This document shows positions 15,331-30,746 of a stretch of 64,000 nt of DNA, one piece after another (positions within the stretch are counted from its first letter, which is position 1; every line of letters begins with the position of its first letter). A program made the position numbers and the translations under genes. The notes under the pieces were generated by a model, which did no database searches, was not told the origin of the DNA, and worked only from the letters and a program-made list of their open reading frames with translations. This DNA comes from Eledone cirrhosa (taxonomy: Eukaryota), in NCBI GenBank assembly GCA_964016885.1, contig OZ024754.1, positions 29,388,001 through 29,452,000 on the forward strand, read 5' to 3'.

Positions 15331-15691
15331 TTGTGACGGACTAAGGAAGACGGACGTTTTCAATGAAAGGTATAAAAATCAAAAATCGAAAGACTATGAA
15401 AATAACTCATTAGTTTTAACACGATTCCAATAATGACTTAAACAAATAAGATAAGAAAAACATAAATAAACAAGCATGTATATGTTGGAAGAATTATAAT
15501 GCAAATCTTGTCACAGCCGATATGTAGTAAGGAAGGAAATTAAAATGTCAGAATTTGACTTAAAGTTTCACCGGTTCATCTCAATTGGAAGTGAGGAAAT
15601 CATGTAATCGATGGTGATTACTTTGCACAAAACTTATAAGAATATTTTTCCTTGAAAGTAGATATCTCTCTCTGTCTCTGTCTCTTTCTCG

Positions 15692-15765
<74 letters not shown>

Positions 15766-15784
15766 TAGATAGATAGATAGATAT

Positions 15785-16100
15785 ATCGTTTCTGAATTTG
15801 TTTAGCAAGATTCTTTATCTGAAAACGTGTGTGGAACCGATATTGTTATGCCTTTGGCGTAGGACAGAACAAAGGAGAGGCACAAAAACAAAGAAAATAA
15901 TCCCTAGTCACTAAAGAGGTCACAGAATGTGTGACGAAAGAACTTTGACAATATATGAACAAACGTCTGGTTGTGGAACCAACCAACCAACCGGAAATTT
16001 ATAAATTCCTAAATTTATAAATTTAATTTATTATAATAAATTGAAGTGAAAGCGACTGGTGCGTGTGTTTCTTATTGGCAACATGACCCTCCCAAAGTAT

Positions 16101-16106
<6 letters not shown>
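15785..16106 (+). repeat. PLE pLTR fragment with decayed HHR (about 15907-15949)
   Basis: GTCA-CTAAAGA-G GTCAC AGAATGT GTGAC-GAAAG AA CTT-TGAC; ends in CATGACCCTCCCAAAGTATAACAA then (TA)n. Confidence 0.7.
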
Positions 16107-16179
<73 letters not shown>

Positions 16180-16185
16180 TATATA

Positions 16186-16216
<31 letters not shown>

Positions 16217-16232
16217 TTACATATATATAAAT

Positions 16233-16269
<37 letters not shown>

Positions 16270-16270
<1 letters not shown>

Positions 16271-16770
16271 TGTTATACTTGGGGAGGGTCATATTGTTGT
16301 AATAATATTGCCAGAAATAATAACAAAACACACTCACTGTTTCGTTGGTTTTTGCTTCTGTATCCTTTATATCTCCACAGTTAATTCATTTGGTCCTGAA
16401 TGTTTATCCTTGACTGACCAACGGCCAAAAATACAGATATAATACAGATATAAACACATATATATAGTCTAAGAAAGTTCTTTCGTTGTACGTCTGCAAC
16501 ATCATCAGTGGTACTATTATGTTCCACCTGTTGTATTGTATGTCTACCCCATTTTTATTTTATCTGTTTATTTATTTATTTATTTTTGTCTTCTCTGCGC
16601 ATGCGTTTGCGTGTGTGTATAGTTTTGTTGTGTGTTCGCGTTTGGGTGACTGTGTTTTGGTTATTGTATTTTATCTTAGTTTACTAGTGTGTGTTTATAT
16701 GTGTCTGTTGTTATTGTGCTTGTGTATATATTTATTTATTTATTTATACTCCCCAAGTATAACAATATTT
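16270..16770 (-). repeat. PLE pLTR fragment with HHR core; other copies at 7816-7945 and 58988-59300
   Basis: All three begin TTGTTATACTTGGGGAGGGTCATATTG right after (TA)n. Minus-strand core CTGATGA-T GTTG...CAAC-GAAAG AA (C/T)TT at about 16470-16512 and 59191-59235. Confidence 0.75.
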
Positions 16771-16936
16771 GTTTCGACACACGATTTCATATCAAAATCC
16801 TCGCAAAACAAATTATATATATATATAGTAATAATAAAAAAAATATCAGAACCTATTAGCAAACGTACATACACAAGCATACGCGAAAACACTATTTGGC
16901 TCCCTCGGTTGAGCAGTCTATTGACTTATATTCATC

Positions 16937-19066
16937 ATGCAGAAACAACATCTGAATATTTCTACAAAGAACATACCCGTACCAAGCAGGAAAACATACC
17001 TAGAACTCCTGATACAGAAAACAGACGCGTTCATTAAAAGGTTGCGTTGGCGTGCCTTTTATTTCGATAATCCGCGAAAAGCAGACAACAAACAGGATAA
17101 ATTTGGGTTTAAAACCTATAATAACCCCCCGTGTAACCCAGCATTGCTACCCTTCGAAAATGATGTCTTGGAACTCATACGGAGTATCAGATTTCGGAAT
17201 AGGAGCAATTCCTTCCAGCAGGACCTGAAGAATAGAATTCGTTCTATTAAGGATTCTAATGCCGTGCACGTCCATTCCGACAAAACTGGCAACCTATATC
17301 AAGTGGAGCGCAGTACTTACCATTAACTACTACATAATGCTGTAACTAAGGATTACCGTAAAACTAATCGGTGCGTCATCAATGAAATCAACGATGCTGG
17401 GTTTAAAATCACATCTAATCTCAACATCCTGGACCGGACCGAACCTCTGGACCCTATTTCTCCCCACTTTACCCTGAAGGATCATAAATCCAATTTTTGG
17501 AACAACCCCTCTATTCGGCTTATTAACCCTACGAAGTCCGATTTAGGTAGACTTAGTAAAACGATTCTTGATAGAATTATACCCGAAATTAGAAGTTTGG
17601 CCCCTCTTGCACTGTGGAACAATTCTTTCGCGGTGATTGATTGGTTCAACGGCATATGTAACAAGGAACATTGCCGTTTTATCCAATTCGACATCAACAA
17701 TTACTACTCCTCCATCACTTTACCACTTCTCCTTAGAGCTCTCAATTTCGCTAAAACACTCACAGTGGTTAAGGATTTCGAAGTTGATGTCATCCCCAAT
17801 GCCTGTAAGTTGGTGATTAATTTCGACGACTCTATTTGGATTAAAAAATCCAATAGTACCCCATTCGACGTGAGTATGGGCGCCAGCGATTCTGCGGAGG
17901 TCACTGATCTTATCGGCCTTTTCCTTCTTTTCTCTATCAAGGACGAATTCCCCAACGCGGGCGGTGGTTTGTACCGTGATGATGGTCTTTTGACCATGAC
18001 TAAGTGCGGACCTCGTGCTTGCGACAGGTTCAGAAAAGAACTCACAGCCTTCTTTAAAGGCTTCAACCTCTCTATACAGGTTGAGGCCAATCTCTCGGTC
18101 GTTAATTACCTCGACGTTACCCTCAATTTATTGAATGGGTTGTATTACCCGTATAGAAAGCTGAATGATACGCTTAATTACATAAGTAAGCATTCCAACC
18201 ACCCTGCCAGCATAACAAAGAACCTGGTAAGAAACGTTTCGTTGAGGCTTTCCCGTCTATCTACTAACGAGCATATCTTCAACGACCATTCCACTTATTA
18301 CAATGAAGCTCTTGCTCGGAGTGGATTTGTCGATAAGGTAGCATATAAAGAGTACGAAAATAGACCCAGAAGAAATAGATCCCGTCGTATTTGTTGGTAT
18401 AACCCACCATATAATATGGAGGTGGCCACACCATTAGCTAAGATCTTTCTTTCCCTTATTACGAAGCATTTTCCCCCCACACATAAATATAGTAAAACTT
18501 TTAATAGAAATACTATTAAAATTTCTTACACTACCACTCCTAACCTTGCACATAACATCACAGCTTCAAATTTAGCTAAACTACCTAGCCGTAGGAACAC
18601 GTGCAACCCTGTAGTTAGTACTAACTGTAATTGTAGGAATCGGGTTGATTGCCCCCTATCCGGGAAATGCCTCTCTAGTAACATTGTCTACAAATGTAAG
18701 ATTGAAACACCCACCTCCCGTAGGGCCTACATAGGGTTAACCGCCAATAGATTCAAGCAGCGTCTTTACATGCATGCCCATTCTTTTCGTTACCCTCCTA
18801 GAAGGAATATGACGTCACTTTCAGCTTATATCTGGAATCTAAAAGACAACCATACCCAATATAAGTTACACTGGGAGATCCTAGCTAGGGCTAGATCGTA
18901 TAACGGAAATAAAAGACCATGTGACCTCTGCGCCGCTGAGGCCCTGGAAATACTCTACGCCACAGACCACATCTTAAACAAAAAATCTGAGGCAATTTCG
19001 GCTTGTAAACATAAATTGCACATAACTCTCCTGTATTACAGCCCCACGTTATACCCTAACGGACAG
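16937..19066 (+). pseudogene. PLE RT-GIY-YIG polyprotein (~709 codons) with one internal TAA at 17324-17326
   Basis: ORFs 16937-17326 and 17597-19147 share a frame, and the gap translates openly (FTLKDHKSNF...RLINPTKSDLGRLSK). Motifs: SDKTGNLY, QFDINNYYSSI, DVSMGASDSAE, GLYRDDGL, NYLDVTL, WYNPPY, CNCRNRVDCPL, IVYKC...YIGLT. The sister copy has TAG (54209-54211) where this copy has CAG (19064-19066). Confidence 0.92.
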
Positions 19067-19987
19067 TACGATCTATACATGGATATTTTACGTCTTGATG
19101 TGGTAGCTAAGTATATGTTTTGTTTATACCTTTACTTATTTGCATAGGTAAGTATATATTACCTGTATGTTTTGTGAAGGTACGTATACCTTCTCGTACG
19201 TATATTTGGTTGTATATGTTATGGCGTATAATTTTATACTTTTTCTGGTACATATGGTTTGGTTATGTGTATACGGGTGTTTTGCGTCTGTGTGAGTATG
19301 TAGGTTGGTACGTATGTAGGGTGTGTGTAGTTGTGTACTTCATGTTTTGGTTGACTTATGTCTCCGAACATTTGTGTATTTACATGTAGGTATGTGTGTG
19401 CGTTTGTTATATACGTATTTATTTAATTATTTATTTATTTGTATACACGCATACACGCACACACATATTTATATGTGCGTGGTTTTGTATACCTATGGTA
19501 AGTGTTTTCGCGTATGCTTGTGCATGTACGTATTTGTTTGCGTGTATGTATTTATTTAATTTCTATCACCTCTGTATTGTATTTATTTACTTTGTTCTTA
19601 ACTCTGAAGCGGAGATTCATTCGGTCTCCTAGTTAGAATTTTAGTCTACAACTTCTGCTATACCATTTACGTGGTTTTGTCTTTGCGTGCAATTGTTCTC
19701 CACGATCCACATATGACGTATTATCTTCGTTTTTTTCGTTCATTGCCAGAGAACGTCTCTATGAACCACCTAAGAGAACATTAGTCTACGACCTCTTTTA
19801 TACCATAAACGTGGTTCTGTCTTTGCGCGTAATTGTTTTTCACCGCTCCTATTAATGACGTATTATTCGTTTTTTCCCGTTCTTTGCCAGGGAACGTTTC
19901 CACGAACCAAAGTATCGTCTTCCTGTCTTCCTCCGGTTGCAACGTTTTTTGGAATATCCAGTTCTGCGTTTACAGATTGACTTTGTT

Positions 19988-20038
19988 AGTTTCAGAAGAT
20001 CCCGTTAAGGGTGAAAGCAGCGATTCTTTGCTTAAACT
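19988..20038 (+). ncRNA. Variant hammerhead-like fold (CAGAAGA core) in PLE pLTR
   Basis: AGTTT-CAGAAGA-TCCC GTTAA GGGT-GAAA GCA GCGATTCTT TGC TT-AAACT: stems I, II and III all form, but core position 4 is A rather than U. Confidence 0.65.
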
Positions 20039-20048
20039 TATTCTGTTA

Positions 20049-20087
<39 letters not shown>

Positions 20088-20123
20088 CCTTTGTTATATA
20101 TATCTATATATATATATATACAT

Positions 20124-20177
<54 letters not shown>

Positions 20178-20189
20178 GTATATATATAT

Positions 20190-20379
20190 AACAAAGGAAT
20201 TGTGGTAAGGAACCAGATGGACCATAATGCACCAGAGTACTCAATACTTAGGGTAGTAGAGTGGGAAATAGGAAAAAGTATGACCCAGACGGCAGAGCTC
20301 AAGCCGTTTCGACGGCTATTTCTGGACAGAAATAGCCGTCGAAACGGCTTGAACTCTGCTGTCGGGCTCATACTTTTTC
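20190..20379. mobile_element. Fold-back pLTR cassette (family with AGCCGTCGAAACGGCTTGAGCTC)
   Basis: About 20272-20324 is the reverse complement of 20327-20379, with a one-sided extension 20190-20271; flanked by (TA)n. Confidence 0.85.
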
Positions 20380-20497
20380 ATATATATATATATATTTTTT
20401 AAAAACACGTGGGCCATATATAGGAAACAGAAAACTCGGAAGACATAAGCACTGGGCCAATTTACGCTCATCGGCTGCTTTCTGTGGATCAGGTGAC

Positions 20498-20865
20498 TTG
20501 GCAGTATCGGTAGAGGGTTGGATGCCATGCTTTCTAGCATAGTTATGTCCCTTTACGGTCTGAGTTCAAATCCCATCGAGGTTAACTTTGCCTTTCATCC
20601 TTACGGGGTCGATAAAATAAAGTACCAGTAATGTACTGGATAATTGCTGGCCTTGTGCCAAGAGTAGAAACAATTACACTTTTGGACGGATTGGCAGTAT
20701 TGGTAGAGGGTCGGACGCCATGCTTTACAGCAGAGAGTTAGGCTGCTTTATGATCTGAGTTCAAATCCCGTTGAGGTTAACTTTGCCTTACGGGGTCGAT
20801 AAAATAAAGTACCAGTAATGTACTGGCACAATTGCTGGCCTTGTGCCAAAAAGTAGAAACAATTA
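20498..20865 (+). mobile_element. Tandem dimer of a tRNA-derived SINE
   Basis: Each unit has A-box-like TGGCAGTATYGG, B-box-like GAGTTCAAATCC and the body GAGGTTAACTTTGCCTT...ACGGGGTCGATAAAATAAAGTACCAG, which recurs more than 10 times in the window. Confidence 0.88.
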
Positions 20866-21717
20866 TACTTTTAGACTACAGGATTATTCACCAGTGCGTC
20901 AATAGTATCTAAAGATAATAATTCGGGATAAAAACACAATAGACGTTAAACAAAATAAAAAGCAAGACGAAATATCTACATATCAACATAGGACAAGGAA
21001 ATTGCTTCCCATAAATGTGGGTAGGTAACCGTTATCGGAATAAATTAAATTAATACAAGTTAGTTGGTACGATCACCCTGGAACTATATATTCTAAAATA
21101 TGGCATTTATGAGTCTAACATATCCATATTTAGTTTGCAATATGATTAAATTACGCATGGCTTTTGTCATAATACTAAGAATTTCATTGAATACTTGCAT
21201 ATTGTTGTAAGAAAATTTCACTTTATATTTGTGTCAGTAGCACATACTTCTTAAGTGTATTGCTTAGATTAGAACGGATTTTTGTATGATTACAATAGTG
21301 ACTTAGAGATATTTTTATGTGCAGTGCCTTAAGCAATATATATGTCTTCATAATGAAATATTGGCGTAAGAATTATAATTTCATTCTAAAGACCCTTTTA
21401 TTTACAATAGTTTGTTCATTGTTTAAGAAAACTATCGATAATTTCACACTAAGCCGAACACTTCAATAGCGGACAATTTTATTATGAGTTTTTTTTTCTC
21501 TCCCTTGTCAGTGTTTTTATTTTATTTTATTTCATTTTATCTTATTATGTTTTATTTTTATTTTTATTTTTATCTCATTTTATTTGTATTTTACTCAGTC
21601 AATAGAAATAGCAAATAAGAAAGGGAAAGTAAAGAACAGTTTTAGTAGTCTGAAAGTATTCAAATAGTGTGTGTGTGAAGGTATATATATATATATATAT
21701 TTTTAAATATTGAAAAT

Positions 21718-21809
21718 CTTCTACAGGACTAGAACTGTTTCATTCGTGAGAAATCATCAGAGCTTCCTGATGATTTCTCACGAATGAAACAGTTCTAGTC
21801 CTGTAGAAG
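21718..21809. mobile_element. Perfect 43-bp-arm fold-back containing an HHR core on both strands
   Basis: 21718-21760 is the reverse complement of 21767-21809 (6-nt spacer). Reads CTGATGA TTTC TCAC GAAT GAAAC AGTTCTA GTC; stem I not evident. A single arm recurs at 53173-53212. Confidence 0.85.
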
Positions 21810-21997
21810 CTTTTCTATATTAAACATTTATACTCTGCTTTGTATTGAGTACCTTACTTACTGTGGTTACCCCCCGATTGAACCGGGGATAAACTTAAAT
21901 ATATATATATATATATACACATATATATATGGACATATATATATATGTATATATATATACATATATATATACACATATATATGCACATATATATATG

Positions 21998-22029
<32 letters not shown>

Positions 22030-22077
22030 CATATATACATATAAATATATAAACATATATACGCACATATATATGTA

Positions 22078-22781
<704 letters not shown>

Positions 22782-22794
22782 ATATATATATATA

Positions 22795-22848
<54 letters not shown>

Positions 22849-22884
22849 TATATATATATATTTATATATTTATATATATATATT

Positions 22885-22967
<83 letters not shown>

Positions 22968-22970
22968 ATT

Positions 22971-23160
<190 letters not shown>

Positions 23161-24519
23161 CACGTACACATATATATATATATATGTGTGTGTGAGAGTG
23201 AGTGTGTGTGTGAGTGAGTGTGTGTGTGTATGTTTTCTCTGAATGTTGTGATTAAACATTAAATCCAATTGCAATCTCTAAATCAGATAACCATATGCTG
23301 GATATAAATAGTAAAGTAAGAGTTAACTTAGTTAAAGTATAATAAAGCAGGGTAGCTTTGTACTATGTCTGTAGCGAGTCGAATACTGCTTTACATAACC
23401 AAACACTGCCAAAAGCGACGACTGAGAAAATACTGTTTTTCAAATGTGTTGAGGCACAAGTGTCTCTCCCATCATATTTTGCCATTTTTGTTGCATTGAT
23501 AAAGTTCTGCAAAGGTTAATTTAGTCACTTATACACCCCCACTCCAAATATCTGTCTAGATCTTAATTTGAAACCAGTTTTGTTACTATATATACACCAG
23601 TTCTAAACTACTAAGTCCATTATTCAGCAGAGTACTCGATACATAGGATAGTAGAGTGTAAATATAGTACACGTACAATATCCGTACATGCATAGAAACA
23701 CACACACACCACACACACACACACTCACACATGCGCGCGTGACTTAGTGATTGGTGTGTTCAACTCATGCTTATATAGTCGCGAGATTCATTACCGCCGA
23801 CCTTTTACATCGTTGAGCAGCACATTTTATTTCATGTTTCTCCAGTTCATTCTGACGACAAATGTGAGTTGTACGAGAACCGGTCATGTCACACTGATTT
23901 TCGCTGAGAACCACGTTAGGGTGGGTACAAGCCTGTAGAATGATTAGTTCCTTGTATGTTAATTTCATAAGCATGCCGTTCCATTGTTCGAACATCTGAA
24001 ACACACGCCTTCGATAGCGACGGAGATCCTACTACATATGAAGATCTAAATTGTATTCTACGAATGACTTTATTTAAGTGTTGAGCTGTAAGTATTTTAT
24101 CTTAATTGAAAGTCTCATCATTTAACAGTGGTACTGACATAACTTAGTTCCATTAAAACGAAATATTCGTCACTTCTTAATAATATTGCTAATGAAGAAA
24201 ATCTACTGACATAACAGAGGTCACATTGAACAGAGAGTGTAAATAGAATATCACACCACCCGTGTCCTTCCTAGGAACATTTACGATATACATGAAGTGG
24301 AATTTGAAAGGGAATATCGAGATCAGTTACATTACCTAGTTGAGAAAAAGCGAGAACTTAGAACATAGCCCACATCACTATAAACAAAAGAATATTAAAT
24401 GATTGTATGATATGAACTGTGAGATATACTAGGTTTTGGCAAGTTCATGAATTTGTCAGTTACTGTCAGGCAGTCAGTGTATGAAGTGCTGTACTACTTA
24501 CTCGTCACATCTTTATTAC

Positions 24520-25149
24520 GCCTGATGTTAAGGGTCTTATGTTTCTGAATACCGTGATAACTGGAGATGCGATGTAGGTGTACGGGTACGACCCGGAAAC
24601 CAAAGCTCAGTTATCATAGTTTGAAGTGGCCAATATCACCAAGGAACAAAATCACGTGAGGTGCAAGGCAAAATCTAGTTAATGCTGACAGTTTTCTTCG
24701 AGTACCGAAATGTGTTGTGCATCATAAATACTCACCAAAAGGAAAACAGTTAGAAAGGAATATTCTTAGGAAGTCCTGCGACGTTTTTCTGATGCTGTTT
24801 AGCGCAAGAAACCGGATCTGTGCGCCTCGTAAAAATAGGCAGCTGAATCGTGACAACGGCCTAGTTCATTAGTCGTAGCTGGTTTATGGTTTCCTGGCAA
24901 CGAAAAATCATTTTGCTCATTTATCACGCTCCCTAGTCATGGATCAGACATGGATCTACTTGGGAGACGAGATAACAACGAAGCTGAGAGTAATTTCGGA
25001 TGAAACATTCTAGATGTGCTTCAAACAGTGGAAGGATTGCTGGGCCAAGTATGTGGTGGCACAGGAGCCAACTTCGAAGATATTAGCAATTGAGCCGCGT
25101 AGTTCATTTTCCCAGCCTAAGTTCAGGTACTCTTCCGACAGACTTAGTA
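24520..25149 (+). mobile_element. Decayed mariner (Tc1/mariner) transposon, catalytic-domain remnant plus probable right TIR
   Basis: Manual translation through stops and frameshifts gives FLNTVITGDAM*VYGYDPETKAQ, EVLRRFSDAV*RKKPDL, QLNRDNG, HAP*S, F*MCFKQWKDCWAKYV, matching the mariner ITGDETW-YDPETK, HDNA and YSPDL pattern. Ends GGTACTCTTCCGACAGACTTAGTA (TA terminus). Confidence 0.85.
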
Positions 25150-27069
25150 CGGTTGGAGTTTTGGAAACAATGTGTAATGCAAGTTAGAAGTAATGTAAGA
25201 AAAACAAAACAAAACAACACTCACTTTACACTTTCGCGCCCCACACCTTTTTCAAGAGAAAGGAAATTCAGCCAGGCTTAGTTTATGTGAAGCATTGTGA
25301 ATGTCAGTACAGTGAAAGTGAGGAATAAATGAGTGAAAATGATATTAAAGTAAAACAAATAAAGAGAAACAATAGTTTACACTTTTATCTTCTATTTCAT
25401 ATTTTGGGTTTAGGAACCCTTTCTCAAAACGATAATAAAGGAAGAGGGGATGGGGATAATGAATGATTTATTTGCTATATACTGTATTTGGTAGCAGCAT
25501 ATGCTATTCTGTGAAATTATTAAAGAAAAAAAAAAAAAAAAAAAAAGAATTGCTTTTAATCACTTAAAATTACATTTGCTTCAACGAGAATATAATCAGG
25601 CGAAGTTATTTTGTTTCACAACCCATACTCTTACATCTCGTTTTCAATATTTCGGATTAAATAGATGGCTAAAGGTAGTTCATTACATCAAAAAGTGAAA
25701 TTGTAATGGATTGAATTCTGCAGGCTAAATCTATAATAACTGTCAGAAAGGCTGCATGAAATATTCAGCTATTATTTTTCACTGACGACATTCATAATGC
25801 CAGTTTATCGAGAATTAATTACGGTTAATTCTTATAGCTAATTACTTCTAGGATTTGCATTAAAAGTAACATTTAATGATGTACAATATTTCAATGATTC
25901 AAATTGAGTTTTAAATATTTTTCGGATGTAACTCTCAAGATAAACTTGGACATGATATTTACTGATCTGGAACAATGGTCTTTTAGATGTCAGCATTAGA
26001 ACATGAACAAATAATTATCATAATGTAAAATCTTCATTGAATGAAATCGTTAGTAATTAGACAAAATAGTTAAACCTGTATAATGTTTGCTATCATAATT
26101 TGCATAAAGATAATCTCATGCAACTTCTCAGGGGAATCAAATAGCATGGTTGTATGCGGTTTTAATAGTGGTATGTAACACTGATATGGCTAGTGACACA
26201 GGCATAGTTAGGTAGTACTTAATCCCTGGGTTCGATTCCACTGGAATCTTGGGCATGTATTTTTATCATAGCTTTGTGAGTAAAATTCTGTAGACGGAAA
26301 CTGTGTGGAAGCCCGAAGAGATTGTACCTGTAATTCAAAGGTCCAGCATTGTCACGCTGTGTGGACACATTTGACTGTAGAATGCTTAACCTTTTATATG
26401 TTAATTCATAAAAAACTTAATACTCATCACCGAAACCGATAGGGATCCATCATCACTGATAACTATTCGTTATGTTGGTTTCTTTACCTGTATACGTGTT
26501 TGGGATTTATATCAGTTATATTATCAAATCCTTCCAAATTCTTTGTCAATAGTCATAACTATTGACAATGATAAGTAGAGTTATCTTTAGAAATATGTTA
26601 ACGAAAGGATTAAAGTGTTTATATTAAGTGTTTATATTAAAGCAGTTCATTATAATTTCCCATAAGAACTTTGCTTAAGTTATGTTTCATGTGCCACCTT
26701 AATTAGTTAGTAAATCCCTCCATTTTCATGATTATGTTTACAATGAATTGACAGTATCTTTCTTGATATATGTGGTTAAGTGTGTTAAACATTACTTCGC
26801 TACTTATCTTCCACAGAGTGTGACACTCTATTGATTCAACCTTTAGTTACCAGACAGAGATATAGTTAAAGAGAAAAAGTACTAAACTTTCGAGTGTAAT
26901 TCTCTGTTACACATTAAATAAGGTTTATAATTGGTAACCGTTTGCCGAGAAGTGATATCGGCTGTATTAGAAACATCTGGTTTATGTGAAGTTTGAAGAA
27001 CTACTAGAAGCTATGGAAGTGACATCTTGGATAACGGACATGTTTATTACGGAAATAGATCTTGAAGCA

Positions 27070-27415
27070 AAACTACTACAACAAAAATAAAGGTAATAAT
27101 AGTGACAATGGCTACAACAAAGACAACGACAACAATAACAAAAAAAAAATTGACAACGACAACGGCAATAGCCACAACTACAATACCAACGACTACGACA
27201 AGAAAAGAAACAGTAACCGAGTCAAGTAGCTCATGACGACAACAATAGGAACAACTACAGTAACGACAACAACAATATCAACAATGCCAACAACAACAGC
27301 AAAAACGACTACAATAACAACGATAACGCCAATGACCAAATCAATGATAACAACTGAACATCTACAGCAATGATAACTGTTAATGTCGAATACATAACAA
27401 AAACAACAACAAAGA
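27070..27415. repeat. Degenerate (ACA/AAC)n trinucleotide tract
   Basis: Visible low-complexity ACA/ACG/ATA triplets with stops in all useful frames. Confidence 0.8.
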
Positions 27416-27519
27416 TAATTAAAATTGTTCAGACAGCGTTAAATATTAAGATAGAATTGCAACATTGTTATTTATCAAAAACAGAAATAATACGAGATAT
27501 AATACCATATATGGAATAG

Positions 27520-27680
27520 AATATTGTTTTCTGATTTAGGCACAAGACCAACAATTTTAGGGCAGAGGAAGTTGATTAAATCGACCCCAGTACATTACTG
27601 ATACTTTATTTTATCGACCCCGTAAGGATGAAAGGCAAAGTTAGCCTCGGTCGGATTTGAACTCAGACCGTAAAGAACCG
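27520..27680 (-). mobile_element. tRNA-derived SINE copy (partial)
   Basis: Contains TTTTATCGACCCCGTAAGGATGAAAGGCAAAGTT...GATTTGAACTCAG. Confidence 0.85.
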
Positions 27681-28092
27681 AAAATATATGGTATATAATA
27701 TCAAAAATAAAACTTTGAAAATCATAGGCAGTGTTTTTCATTAGTAATTTCTAACGATATATTTAAATGTGTTAACTCTTAGTTTGATATTTATCTTCGA
27801 GGAATAGTGTGATAATATATTGATTAATAGAAAATGAAACCTTTAGTTTCTAGATAAGATAATTAGTATTAAGATAATTTTTTTTGTTACATATTAACTA
27901 AGGGTTATAATTGATAAGCGTCTGTCGAGAAGAATAGGAGAGACAATATTTCGCGTTACTCCAGTTATTTCAGCTGCAGGAATGATTTGGGGCATCACTG
28001 GGGCGAAGCTGTATCGGCCATTGTCTTTCCCTTGGACAACACCAGAGGCGTGGATAGAGGAGGCTAGTATGCATGGGCGCCTGCTGGTCTTC

Positions 28093-28155
<63 letters not shown>

Positions 28156-28199
28156 TTGACGAAAGTCGATCGACTCTCGATATATTATATATATATACC

Positions 28200-30221
<2,022 letters not shown>

Positions 30222-30746
30222 CGTGTGCGTGTGCGTGTGTGTGTGTATTAACGATGTATTATTGCATGGTTTTAGAATTTCTATACTATCAATCTTATTC
30301 TATGTTTCTGTTTCCAAACCCATTTATTGACATGGTTCAACAACACAAATACATTGTTTTATTTGGAATTGTTCAATCAGTGATAGAATTAAAATGCTAC
30401 TTTACAAAGCTTGCCTTGAAGCAATTGTTACAATATTAGCGATATCTGGACAATAACAGAATCTTTAAAAGAGATAAACACCTGGCTATAATCCGCCTTT
30501 ACGGTTTGTACTTAAATATTATCTTCCATGATATATAATAACCAACAGATAATTGAAAGTGTGCAAACCTTATCAGAGGATGGAAGTTTTCGTTATAACA
30601 ACATTTATTTCTGGCAGATGTCGAAAGTAAGAAAATATACAGCGTTAACCATAACGTTTGAATCAGAAATATCAAATTATTATGTCTTATAGTGAACTTC
30701 ATGAAAACAAAAGCAATATATACAAACACACACACACCGACCACAA

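Larger units (their letters stand above)
16858..20053 (+). mobile_element. Near full-length Penelope-like element (probably Hydra-clade type)
   Basis: Single long reading frame from ATG 16937, then ~1 kb 3' UTR/pLTR with an HHR-like fold, ending in (TA)n. A short inverted copy of 3'-UTR sequence (~19500-19536) sits at 16858-16892. Confidence 0.95.

Noticed and set aside
19603-19640. CTGAAGC-GGAGA...TCTCC as a second hammerhead in the PLE 3' UTR
   Set aside because: No GAAA follows the hairpin, and sister copies read CTGTTGC or CTGTAGC.
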